This document shows positions 56,504 through 64,000 of a DNA stretch of 64,000 nucleotides, in pieces. This stretch comes from Candidatus Omnitrophota bacterium. Lineage in GTDB: Bacteria; Omnitrophota; Gorgyraeia; Zapsychrales; Fredricksoniimonadaceae. The translations under genes and the position numbers were made by a program. The notes under the pieces were generated by a model. The model saw nothing but the letters and a program-made list of their open reading frames with translations, did no database searches and had not been told where the DNA came from. The stretch spans positions 110,900 through 174,899 of the forward strand of contig CAJARJ010000021.1 in the NCBI GenBank assembly GCA_903944345.1, written 5' to 3'. Position 1 is the stretch's first letter; each line of letters starts with the position of its first letter.

Positions 56504-57376
56504 ATGATACGTGTCAGCGTTAAAAAGCAGCTGGTCACCGCCTCCGGCCCCGTCAGGCTTGAGGTGGATTTCAGGATTCCGGGCACAGAACTGGTAACGC
56601 TTTTTGGTCCTTCCGGGGCGGGCAAGACAACCATCCTGCGCATGATCGCCGGCCTGACTGATCCCGACGAAGGGCTTGTTCAGGTCGATAACGAAACATG
56701 GTTTGACAGTGCCGCCGGGATCAACAAACGTGTCCAGGACAGAAAGATCAGTTTTGTTTTTCAGGATTACAACCTTTTCCCCAACATGACGGCGCGCGAG
56801 AATCTGCAATACGCCCTGAAAGACAAGAAAGATGCCGGGCTGATCAATGAACTTCTGGAGATGGTGCATTTGACGGAATTGGGCCATTGCCGTCCGGAAA
56901 CTCTTTCCGGCGGGCAGAAGCAGCGGCTGGCCTTAATCCGGGCGTTCCTGAGAAAGCCGAAGATATTTTTGCTGGACGAGCCTTTTTCGTCGCTGGATCT
57001 GGAGTTGCGCCTCAGGCTGCAGGATGAAATACTGGGCATGTATAATCGTTTCCGGATTCCAACTATTGTGGTTTCCCATGATCTGGGGGAGGTGTTCAAG
57101 CTTTCCAGCCGGATTATGGTGCTGGAGCAGGGCAGGATTGTTCGTTCCGGCAAGCCGGGAGAGATCTTTGCCGGAGACTCCCTGAGCGGCAAGTTCAAGT
57201 TTGCGGGCAGCATTCTCATGCTGGAGAAAGAGGACTTTCTTTATATTGTCACGGTGCAGATCGGCAATAATATTACCAAGGTTGTGGCAACCGAGGAGGA
57301 GTCGGCCGGATGGAAAGTCGGCGACCGGGTTGTTGTGGTTGCCAAAGCTTTCAATCCCATTATTTTCAAAGTATGA
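56504..57376 (+). CDS. modC: molybdate ABC transporter ATP-binding protein with C-terminal TOBE domain
   Basis: Walker A GPSGAGKTT, signature LSGGQKQRLALIRAF, Walker B LLDEPFSSLD, C-terminal TOBE. Confidence 0.75.
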   Translation: MIRVSVKKQLVTASGPVRLEVDFRIPGTELVTLFGPSGAGKTTILRMIAGLTDPDEGLVQVDNETWFDSAAGINKRVQDRKISFVFQDYNLFPNMTARENLQYALKDKKDAGLINELLEMVHLTELGHCRPETLSGGQKQRLALIRAFLRKPKIFLLDEPFSSLDLELRLRLQDEILGMYNRFRIPTIVVSHDLGEVFKLSSRIMVLEQGRIVRSGKPGEIFAGDSLSGKFKFAGSILMLEKEDFLYIVTVQIGNNITKVVATEEESAGWKVGDRVVVVAKAFNPIIFKV

Positions 57377-57435
57377 GCAAAGATTATTTTCGCCGGAGCG
57401 TATCTGGAAAAGTGTAAACAAACGGGAGCATAAAG

Positions 57436-57882
57436 ATGGCAGATCGACGCAGGCCGCCGGTTAAAAAAGCGGACGAGATACTGGAAGATGTTTTTGCCGG
57501 GCATAGCGAGGCTCTTATTGATGGCAGCCAGAGCGGGAAGCGGTATTTGCTGAATTTTCTTGAGAAGTTTAACTCAATTCCCAACTCGGTGAAGTTCTTT
57601 ATTTATGACCTTCTGGCCGAGGATGCCTATCAGCTCGATGACCCTGTTGTGTGCAGACAGGCTGTCGAGCGTGCCAGGGAATATCTGCCAGAAGCGAGGG
57701 AAAAGCATACTCGCCAGTTATCCCAATATTTGCCCGCACTGCGTTTTATTGAACGGGGCATATCGATTGCGGTGGAGGCGGGTGAGTATGAATCGGCGCT
57801 TTTGTTATGTGATCTGGCCATTGAAAATGGTTTGGGCAAGGCGTATGCCGCCAAAAAGGCGTCTATAGAAAGAATGCTGTAG
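57436..57882 (+). CDS. hypothetical protein (148 aa)
   Basis: ORF with a reasonable RBS (GGGAGCATAAAG) and no recognisable motifs. Confidence 0.35.
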   Translation: MADRRRPPVKKADEILEDVFAGHSEALIDGSQSGKRYLLNFLEKFNSIPNSVKFFIYDLLAEDAYQLDDPVVCRQAVERAREYLPEAREKHTRQLSQYLPALRFIERGISIAVEAGEYESALLLCDLAIENGLGKAYAAKKASIERML

Positions 57883-58009
57883 TGAGGGTAACATAAATGC
57901 GGTCAAAAGGAGATCCCCGCTATGTTCCTTGGCAGAACAATGACAGCTTGAGTTCTGGACGATTATCAATAAATCTGTTATAAATGTGCATCAAAACTTT
58001 GGTATTTCT

Positions 58010-58083
58010 GTCCCTGTAGCTCAGTTGGATAGAGCAACAGCCTTCTAAGCTGTGGGTCGTGCGTTCGATTCGCGCCAGGGACG
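58010..58083 (+). tRNA. tRNA-Arg (anticodon TCT)
   Basis: Acceptor GTCCCTG/CAGGGAC, D-arm GCTCAGTTGGATAGAGC, anticodon loop CTTCTAA, T-loop TTCGATT. Confidence 0.8.
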
Positions 58084-58113
58084 TTTTTTATTTCCTGCGG
58101 AAAACAATCCGGT

Positions 58114-59127
58114 ATGAAAATTCTTGTCAGGGTTCTCTTTGTCCTGTTGGCTGTTGTGGTTCTGGCGGTTGGGGCAGGATGCCTTTATTTATTTTATAAC
58201 GGACGTCAGTTGATCAGCCAGCAGCTTGAGCGTGCGTCGGGCCGGCCAACGACTCTGGAAAGCTTTCGTTTGTTCTGGCCTCCGGCACTCGAGCTTGGCG
58301 GGGTGCAGGTCAAGGGCATGTTGTCCTGTGTCCGGGCGCGGCTAGAGTTTAATCAGGAAGCGCTTTTGGGCCGCAAGATAGTGGTTACTCTGCTCGAGCT
58401 GGATCATCCGGTGTTTTTTCTTGAACGTACGCCCGAGGCGGAGCTTGTTTTTGCTCCCTATGCGGGCGGCGATTCTCCCGCTAAACCGCTCTTCCCGGTT
58501 CCTGTTTCCGGGGTTTCTTCTGTAGCCGGTAAATTGCTGGTTCGTGAGGGCGAGATCCGTTTGCATGACCAGCAGGGTGCGGGGGTGTGGATTTTGTCCG
58601 GAGTTAATGCGCAGGCATTCAATCTGCCGCTGTTGCCTGTCGATATCAAAACCGACTTTTCTGTAACGGGCTCCCTGGCGCAGATGGATCTTCCTTTCCT
58701 GGGTTCTTTTGTCAAAGGGCGCGGCTGGATAAATTTTTTCAGAAAAGACATGGATGCGGTGTTGCAGACGGTTGACGATAACGGGCATGAAAGCCTGGAT
58801 GTTCATTTGCTCGCGCAGGCCAATGATCTGGCGGTGAGCGGTAAAGTCCGTCTTAACGGCAAACAGCAGAAACAATCCTCCGGAGTGAAGGCTGGCCCGG
58901 TTGAAAATGTTGTGTTAAGTTTGCTGGAGGCCTCGGAGACCGAGATTGAGGCTGATATAAGTTTCACCACCAGGCTGGACCGTTTTGAAGTGGGTCCGGT
59001 CAAATTTAAAGGGAAGGTGAAAACAGGGTTGCAATCTGATGGCTCTTCGGGTAATATTGTTGACGCTTTGAAAGAGCTGGGAGCGGCCTTGTTAAAAGAT
59101 GATGCTTCCGGTCAGTCTTCACCTTAG
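58114..59127 (+). CDS. membrane-anchored hypothetical protein (337 aa), possibly AsmA-like N-terminal fold
   Basis: N-terminal TM helix (VLFVLLAVVVLAVGAGCLYLF) followed by a beta-rich periplasmic region. Lies between two tRNA genes. Confidence 0.4.
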   Translation: MKILVRVLFVLLAVVVLAVGAGCLYLFYNGRQLISQQLERASGRPTTLESFRLFWPPALELGGVQVKGMLSCVRARLEFNQEALLGRKIVVTLLELDHPVFFLERTPEAELVFAPYAGGDSPAKPLFPVPVSGVSSVAGKLLVREGEIRLHDQQGAGVWILSGVNAQAFNLPLLPVDIKTDFSVTGSLAQMDLPFLGSFVKGRGWINFFRKDMDAVLQTVDDNGHESLDVHLLAQANDLAVSGKVRLNGKQQKQSSGVKAGPVENVVLSLLEASETEIEADISFTTRLDRFEVGPVKFKGKVKTGLQSDGSSGNIVDALKELGAALLKDDASGQSSP

Positions 59128-59179
59128 GCAAGTCATTTGCAGTATCCGGGCAAGGATCGTGCGCCCGTAACAGATTCAC

Positions 59180-59256
59180 GGTGGCTATAGCTCAGTTGGT
59201 AGAGCCCTAGATTGTGGTTCTAGTTGTCGCGGGTTCAAATCCCGTTAGCCACCCCA
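59180..59256 (+). tRNA. tRNA-His (anticodon GTG), with G-1 and encoded CCA
   Basis: Extra 5' G, acceptor GTGGCTA/TAGCCAC, anticodon loop TTGTGGT, T-loop TTCAAAT, 3' CCCA. Confidence 0.8.
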
Positions 59257-59297
59257 TTTATGTAAGTTATTGCAGCGCAATGACTTACAACACAAAA

Positions 59298-59327
59298 GCC
59301 CGGCGATGAATAATCGTCGGGCTTTTG
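59298..59327 (+). terminator. rho-independent terminator downstream of tRNA-His
   Basis: GCCCGGCGA/TCGTCGGGC stem (one G-U pair), 7 nt loop, then TTTTGTAT. Confidence 0.5.
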
Positions 59328-59589
59328 TATCTCGCCACGTTTCAAAGGGTTACGGCATCATATTTTCCGTCGATATTCGATTGTTCCCGCCATCTTATCT
59401 CCGTCGATAAATAGAGAGCGCTGAAGGCCAATATTGTCGGCCCAATTGGCCCAATCCTCTCCTAGTTTCTGGTCGCTAGTTTAAGCAATATTACTTATAT
59501 AGGGCGGGCTATTTCAGGCAGTAGGGTGGCCGTAAACTAGGAATTGGCTGGTTTTGCAGAGAGACCGGCTTTTTTGGCACATGAACAAT

Positions 59590-59622
59590 GTAGTTGACTA
59601 CTTCGATGTTGTATGCTACACT
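59590..59622 (+). promoter_or_regulatory. sigma-70 promoter with an overlapping palindromic (TetR-type) operator
   Basis: -35 TTGACT, a 17 nt spacer, then -10 TACACT, ending 29 nt before the TetR start. The inverted repeat GTAGTtgACTAC overlaps the -35. Confidence 0.4.
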
Positions 59623-59650
59623 TTCAATTAAGAGGTGAAAGGAGTTATTT

Positions 59651-60328
59651 ATGCAGACTGAAGAATATTCATTGAGGGAAAAACGAACTGCACGGTTGAA
59701 GGTTGCTTTGATGCAGACTTTTATAGAGAAGCTCAAGAGCAGTCGTTTTGATGATGTCTCTATCAGGGAAGTTTGTCGGGCGGCAGAGGTGGGGGAGACA
59801 ACTTTCTATAATCATTTCCCTGACAAGATCGATGTTATCGGGTATTACCTGCAGATTGCAACACGAAATGTTATTGCACGGGCTGTTCGCAAAACGCCAA
59901 AAGGGAAAATGATTCCGTTGATCAATGGCGTCTTTTCTTTAATAGCGGCTGAGTTTGGTAATGCCAATATGCTTTACCAGATCATCTCTGTTTTTCTCAT
60001 GCATAAAGAGATGCCCCGAAAAGTGGAGATTTCTTCTTTCGAGGTCAAGCTGGCTTTCCCTGACTATGTGGACATTGATTCAGACGAGATGCGGTCTGCC
60101 TATATTGATGAGTTTTTTGCTAAAGCTGCCGCATGTGCTATCAAAAACGGTGAATTACTTCCGAAAACAAAAGTTGAGGATGTGGTTGTTACTTTGATGA
60201 CAATTTTGAGCGGTACACCCATCGCCGTCAAGTTCGGGGATGAAGGCAGCCGAGGTTATCACTATAAACGTCAATTGAGAGCCTTTTGGGCTGATATAAC
60301 GGGGAAAGAAAATGGAGACGCGTTATGA
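59651..60328 (+). CDS. TetR family transcriptional regulator (efflux operon repressor)
   Basis: N-terminal HTH (SIREVCRAAEVGETTFYNHFPDKIDV). First gene of the efflux operon. Confidence 0.65.
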   Translation: MQTEEYSLREKRTARLKVALMQTFIEKLKSSRFDDVSIREVCRAAEVGETTFYNHFPDKIDVIGYYLQIATRNVIARAVRKTPKGKMIPLINGVFSLIAAEFGNANMLYQIISVFLMHKEMPRKVEISSFEVKLAFPDYVDIDSDEMRSAYIDEFFAKAAACAIKNGELLPKTKVEDVVVTLMTILSGTPIAVKFGDEGSRGYHYKRQLRAFWADITGKENGDAL

Positions 60329-61797
60329 AGAAATTCTTTTTTCTTCTCGGGATTGTTGTAACGCTGGTCCTGTTCGGGGTATCTCAGGCGCTGGCTGTTG
60401 AATCTGCGGGAAAGGGAGCCAAGGTTTCCGATATCCTTCAGACACCTGAACAGGTCGAACAATTTATGCGTTTGGATAATATCGCTTCGTTTAGCCATGA
60501 AGGGATGTTCCTTGATGATCAGGAGTTTTCAGATCCCGGCAGACTGAAGTTGCGTGAGGCTGTTGATCTGGGATTGAAAAATAATCTGGTTAGTCGTACG
60601 GCTAAGGAAAAGGTTGCAGAAGCCTTGGGGCGCAGATGGCAAATGTTATCTGGCCTTTTGCCGCATGTGGAGGGCTCCATCAGTCAGGGAAGGACTTTTA
60701 AAGAGAATCTTGAAGCTATCGGATTCAGGGGCCAGGGTGCTATTGGCCCGTTCAATACTTTTGATGCGCGTATTCAATTGACTCAGGAAGTGCTTAATTT
60801 AAGCGTCGCATCCAATTTTCAGGCGGGCATCAGGGATGTTAACGCCGCGCGTTATGAAAAAGAATTCGCCAGGCAGAAAGTTACACTGCTTGTTTCGATC
60901 GACTATGTAAACGCTTTGCGCGCCCAAGGGGATTTCAAAGCCGCTGAGTCCAATTGGCAGTTAAGCCAGAAATTATTAAAGCGGGCACAGGATCAATTTG
61001 AGGCGGGGGTTGCCAATAGCGTTGATGTTGCCCGTGCGAGAACCCGTTTGGCACAAGACGAATTTCGTTTGGCGCAAACACGTACCAGCGTCCACGATGC
61101 CTATCTCGATCTGCAGCGCAGTACGGGCCTTCCGTACAACGGTGTTGTGACGCTGATGAACACTCTTGGGTTCATTCGTGAACAGGTTCCTGATTTGGCT
61201 GTTGCACTTAAGACAGCGGAAGAAAAACGCCTGGATCTTCGTGTTTCTAAAGAGCGGGTTCAGGCTGCGCAATACAGGGTAAGCGGGGCCAGGACGCAAT
61301 TGTTTCCGAAGATCGAATTCTTGGGGGACATTGGTTCCAGTGCTAACGAGATCCACGAGAACGACAGGACAACGAGCAGTATCATGCTGCGGGCGAGTAT
61401 GCCGATATTCGAGGGAGGCAAGATCCTTGGCGAGATCAAGGAGGCCAAAAGTTTGAAAACGCAGATTGAACTTTACGACGAGGACTTGAAGCGTCAGGTT
61501 GAAGAAGACGTGCAGAAAGCCTTGTGGCTGCTGGATACCGGGATAGGGCAGGTTGATGCCGCGAGCCATGTGGTTGGCCTTGCCGAGCATGAATTGACGC
61601 TGGCCAGCGATAGATTTACGCAAGGTATCGGAGACAATATTGAGGTTGTAAATGCACAGACGGCGCTGGCTGAAGCCAGAAGCCAGTATGTAACTTCCCT
61701 GATGCAGTATCATACCGCCCGTATTAATTTTTATTTTGCCTTGGGTGAGACAGAGTCATTTTATTTACAGGATGTTCAGCAAAAGAAGGAGCAATAA
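60325..61797 (+). CDS. outer membrane efflux protein (TolC/OMF family)
   Basis: Signal peptide and two OEP repeats with the characteristic alpha-helical/beta-barrel pattern. Overlaps the TetR stop (ATGA). Confidence 0.75.
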   Translation: MKKFFFLLGIVVTLVLFGVSQALAVESAGKGAKVSDILQTPEQVEQFMRLDNIASFSHEGMFLDDQEFSDPGRLKLREAVDLGLKNNLVSRTAKEKVAEALGRRWQMLSGLLPHVEGSISQGRTFKENLEAIGFRGQGAIGPFNTFDARIQLTQEVLNLSVASNFQAGIRDVNAARYEKEFARQKVTLLVSIDYVNALRAQGDFKAAESNWQLSQKLLKRAQDQFEAGVANSVDVARARTRLAQDEFRLAQTRTSVHDAYLDLQRSTGLPYNGVVTLMNTLGFIREQVPDLAVALKTAEEKRLDLRVSKERVQAAQYRVSGARTQLFPKIEFLGDIGSSANEIHENDRTTSSIMLRASMPIFEGGKILGEIKEAKSLKTQIELYDEDLKRQVEEDVQKALWLLDTGIGQVDAASHVVGLAEHELTLASDRFTQGIGDNIEVVNAQTALAEARSQYVTSLMQYHTARINFYFALGETESFYLQDVQQKKEQ

Positions 61798-61799
61798 CT

Positions 61800-62684
61800 A
61801 TGGAAAATAATGCTAATGACCCAAAGGCAAAAACAGAAGAAAAGCCCAAGATCCCTCCGGCAGTTCTTGTGTTTGGCGGTATTCTGATCGGCGCGATCTG
61901 CGTGTGGTTCGGGTGCCGGAGTTTCTGTTATGTGGATACGGATGACGCTTTTATTGAAGGACATATTGTCGCCATTAGCCCGAAGGTGTCGGCTCATGTT
62001 CAAAAGGTTCTGGCCAAGGACAATCAGCGGGTAAAGACCGGAGACCTTTTGGTTGAGCTCGATAGTCAGGATTTTGAAGTGCGGGCGGCAATGGCTAAAG
62101 CGAATCTGGAAGCCGCCAAAGCTGAGGAGGAGCAGTCCCGGAGAGATGTTGACCGGTACAAATTGCTTGTTGAAAAAGAAGAAATTTCCAAGCAACAGTT
62201 CGATAAGGCGGAATTGAGATTACAAACTGCAGCTGCGCAAAGAGCTGCCGCTGAATCAGTCTTGAAACAGGCAGATCTGGATGTGTCTTATACGAAGATA
62301 TTTGCTCCTGTCGATGGACACATTACAAGAAAGTCTGTGGAGCAGGGGGCTTTTGTTCAGGTGGGTCAGCCTCTACTGGCTGTTGTTTCTGATGAAATGT
62401 GGGTGGTCGCAAACTTTAAAGAAACGCAGCTGAAGGATATGCGCCCCGGTCAAAAGGTGCGGATAAAGGTTGATATGTACGGCAAAGAGTTTGAAGGGCA
62501 TGTTGACAGCATCCAGCGCGGGACGGGTGCAAAGTTCAGCATGTTTCCACCGGAGAACGCGGCAGGGAATTTTGTTAAAGTCGTTCAGCGTATCCCGGTC
62601 AAGATCGTGTTTGATGAGACCACGGATGAGAAATATCCTTTGCGGGTTGGGATGTCTGTGGTTCCGGAAGTCAAGGTGCGGTAA
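61800..62684 (+). CDS. HlyD/EmrA-family membrane fusion protein
   Basis: N-terminal TM anchor, coiled-coil hairpin, lipoyl/beta-barrel motifs (DVSYTKIFAPVDGHIT). Confidence 0.8.
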   Translation: MENNANDPKAKTEEKPKIPPAVLVFGGILIGAICVWFGCRSFCYVDTDDAFIEGHIVAISPKVSAHVQKVLAKDNQRVKTGDLLVELDSQDFEVRAAMAKANLEAAKAEEEQSRRDVDRYKLLVEKEEISKQQFDKAELRLQTAAAQRAAAESVLKQADLDVSYTKIFAPVDGHITRKSVEQGAFVQVGQPLLAVVSDEMWVVANFKETQLKDMRPGQKVRIKVDMYGKEFEGHVDSIQRGTGAKFSMFPPENAAGNFVKVVQRIPVKIVFDETTDEKYPLRVGMSVVPEVKVR

Positions 62685-64000
62685 TGAGTACGGAGCAGGT
62701 CTCTTCAGCAACTGTGCAAGAATGGCGTCCCCGTGCCAATCCGTGGTGGATCTGCGCTGCGGTCATGCTGGCAACGATCATTGAAGTGTTGGATACGACC
62801 ATTGCCTCGGTGTCTGTCCCGAATATCGCCGGGAACCTAGGGGTCACGAATCATGAGGGGACTTGGGTCATCACCAGTTATCTGGTGGCTAATGCGATCT
62901 TGTTACCGGCCACCGCTTGGCTGGGAAGTTTTTTCGGTCGGAAACGCCTTTTGTTGATTTGCATCTTTATTTTCACGCTAGCTTCGGTCATGTGCGGACT
63001 GGCCAACAGTTTTGGTTTTCTGCTTGTTGCCAGAGTATTGCAGGGTTTCGGCGGTGCCGCTTTGCCGCCGCTGGCTCAGGCTATCCTTATGGAAAGCTTC
63101 CCCAAGGAGAAACGCGGGATGGCCATGGCTGTCTATATAACAGGACTTGTTATGGCGCCCATTCTTGGTCCAATTCTCGGCGGGTGGCTGACAGATAATT
63201 TTTCTTGGCGCTGGATCTTTCTGATCAATATCCCGATCGGGGCATTGGCATTATTTATGGCCAATGTGTTTGTAGAAGATCCGCCGTATCTCAAAAAAGG
63301 CAATGCCTCGAGTATTGATTATGTCGGGTTCTGTTTGATGGCTCTTGGGCTGGCGGTGCTGGAGATCATTCTGGATAAAGGACAGACTGAGGACTGGTTT
63401 CAAGCGACATGGATATGCTGGTCTGCTGTTACTGTGGTTGTTTCCCTGACATCATTTGTGATATGGGAATTACGTCAAAAGCATCCGGTGGTTGACTTGC
63501 GGGTTTTCAGGGACAGAAATTTTTTCTCAGGGCAGATCATTACATTTCTTCTCGGGGCGATTATGTACGGGGCGATAACCGTGATCCCGTTATTTTTTCA
63601 GACATTGATGGGGTATACAGCTTATTTAAGCGGAGTGGCACAACTGTCCCTCGGGTTGGGGATGTTTCTTGGATCGATGGTCGTTGGAGTATTAATGGGC
63701 AAAGTAGACGGACGGTTGTTCTTGCTGGCCGGATTGTTGCTGATCTGTGCCGGGTGTGGATGGATCGCGGCGACGATCAATCCGGGAATAGGTATGGAGC
63801 ATATAGCGTTGCCCTTTTGCGTTCTTGGGATGGGAATATGCGTGGCTTTTGTCCCTTTGACGACGTTAGCCCTGGGGATGCTCCGCAATGAAGATATGGG
63901 AAACGGGTCAGGTATTTTTAATTTGATGCGGAATATCGGCGGGAGTGCCGGTATCGCTCTGGTTACCACGGTCATTGCACGTATGGGACAAGTGCATCAG
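62684..64000 (+). CDS. MFS drug efflux transporter, DHA2 (EmrB/QacA) family, 3'-partial
   Basis: Open to the window edge. MFS motif A GWLGSFFGRKRLLL and 14-TM-type organisation. Start overlaps the EmrA stop (TAATG). Confidence 0.75.
   Translation, partial: MSTEQVSSATVQEWRPRANPWWICAAVMLATIIEVLDTTIASVSVPNIAGNLGVTNHEGTWVITSYLVANAILLPATAWLGSFFGRKRLLLICIFIFTLASVMCGLANSFGFLLVARVLQGFGGAALPPLAQAILMESFPKEKRGMAMAVYITGLVMAPILGPILGGWLTDNFSWRWIFLINIPIGALALFMANVFVEDPPYLKKGNASSIDYVGFCLMALGLAVLEIILDKGQTEDWFQATWICWSAVTVVVSLTSFVIWELRQKHPVVDLRVFRDRNFFSGQIITFLLGAIMYGAITVIPLFFQTLMGYTAYLSGVAQLSLGLGMFLGSMVVGVLMGKVDGRLFLLAGLLLICAGCGWIAATINPGIGMEHIALPFCVLGMGICVAFVPLTTLALGMLRNEDMGNGSGIFNLMRNIGGSAGIALVTTVIARMGQVHQ

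Noticed and set aside
57883-59650. Possible integrated mobile element at the tRNA-Arg/tRNA-His cluster
   Set aside because: There is no integrase, transposase or phage gene, and no direct repeat of a tRNA 3' end within the window. Kept only as a low-confidence island-junction hypothesis in the findings.
59509-59736. 75 aa minus-strand ORF overlapping the efflux-operon promoter and the TetR start
   Set aside because: It overlaps a near-consensus promoter and the 5' end of the TetR gene and has no RBS. Spurious.
60976-61713. 245 aa minus-strand ORF inside the TolC-like gene
   Set aside because: Antisense to an OMF gene with a signal peptide and canonical repeats. Likely spurious.
1-64000. CRISPR arrays, IS elements or large dispersed repeats
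   Set aside because: No regularly spaced direct repeats or terminal inverted repeats were detected on reading. The only substantial repeat is the intragenic 657 nt duplication in 21687..24347.

Overview
This ~64 kb window looks like core chromosome of a Gram-negative bacterium, with about 55% GC. It carries roughly 65 mostly housekeeping genes, chiefly on the + strand, plus three tRNAs: Pro-TGG, Arg-TCT and His-GTG. I found no CRISPR array, integrase or transposase. Start codons were refined by hand from the ORF track using RBS and overlap logic, and coordinates may be off by a few nucleotides.

Recognisable genes, in order along the window:
- an Lrp/AsnC regulator with an aminotransferase;
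- a PfkB kinase next to a SemiSWEET-like small membrane protein;
- era and nth;
- a cytoplasmic MgtE_N/CBS protein translationally coupled to an NRAMP transporter;
- slyX and a short orphan PII-like protein;
- a GT39/ArnT-like glycosyltransferase;
- rpsU, purH, folC, mnmE and lpdA;
- mutS and mutL;
- a secretin and a lipoprotein amidase;
- murI, queDCEF, rph and rdgB;
- an AsmA/TamB-like giant protein;
- an orphan GspE/PilB-like ATPase;
- ahpC;
- a coupled ptsP(GAF)-RNB-CvfB-DUF1456 operon;
- a cheV-MCP-cheW-like cluster;
- a TetR-headed modA-mop-modBC operon;
- a TetR-controlled TolC/EmrA/EmrB-type efflux operon that runs off the window end.

Two regions are not explained by known families and are the best candidates for an undescribed system. 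The first is a locus of secreted proteins of unknown function at 16.7-24.3 kb. It holds a divergently transcribed pair of ~870 aa paralogues that share a ~330 aa N-terminal domain, one of which has a 2 x ~215 aa C-terminal repeat, plus two tandem TPR/coiled-coil secreted paralogues. The second is a three-gene cassette at 47.1-50.1 kb preceded by a good sigma-54 promoter. It encodes a DUF350-like membrane protein, a glutathionylspermidine-synthase-like ATP-grasp amidoligase and an unassignable 258 aa protein. All family calls are sequence-pattern judgements made without database searches.
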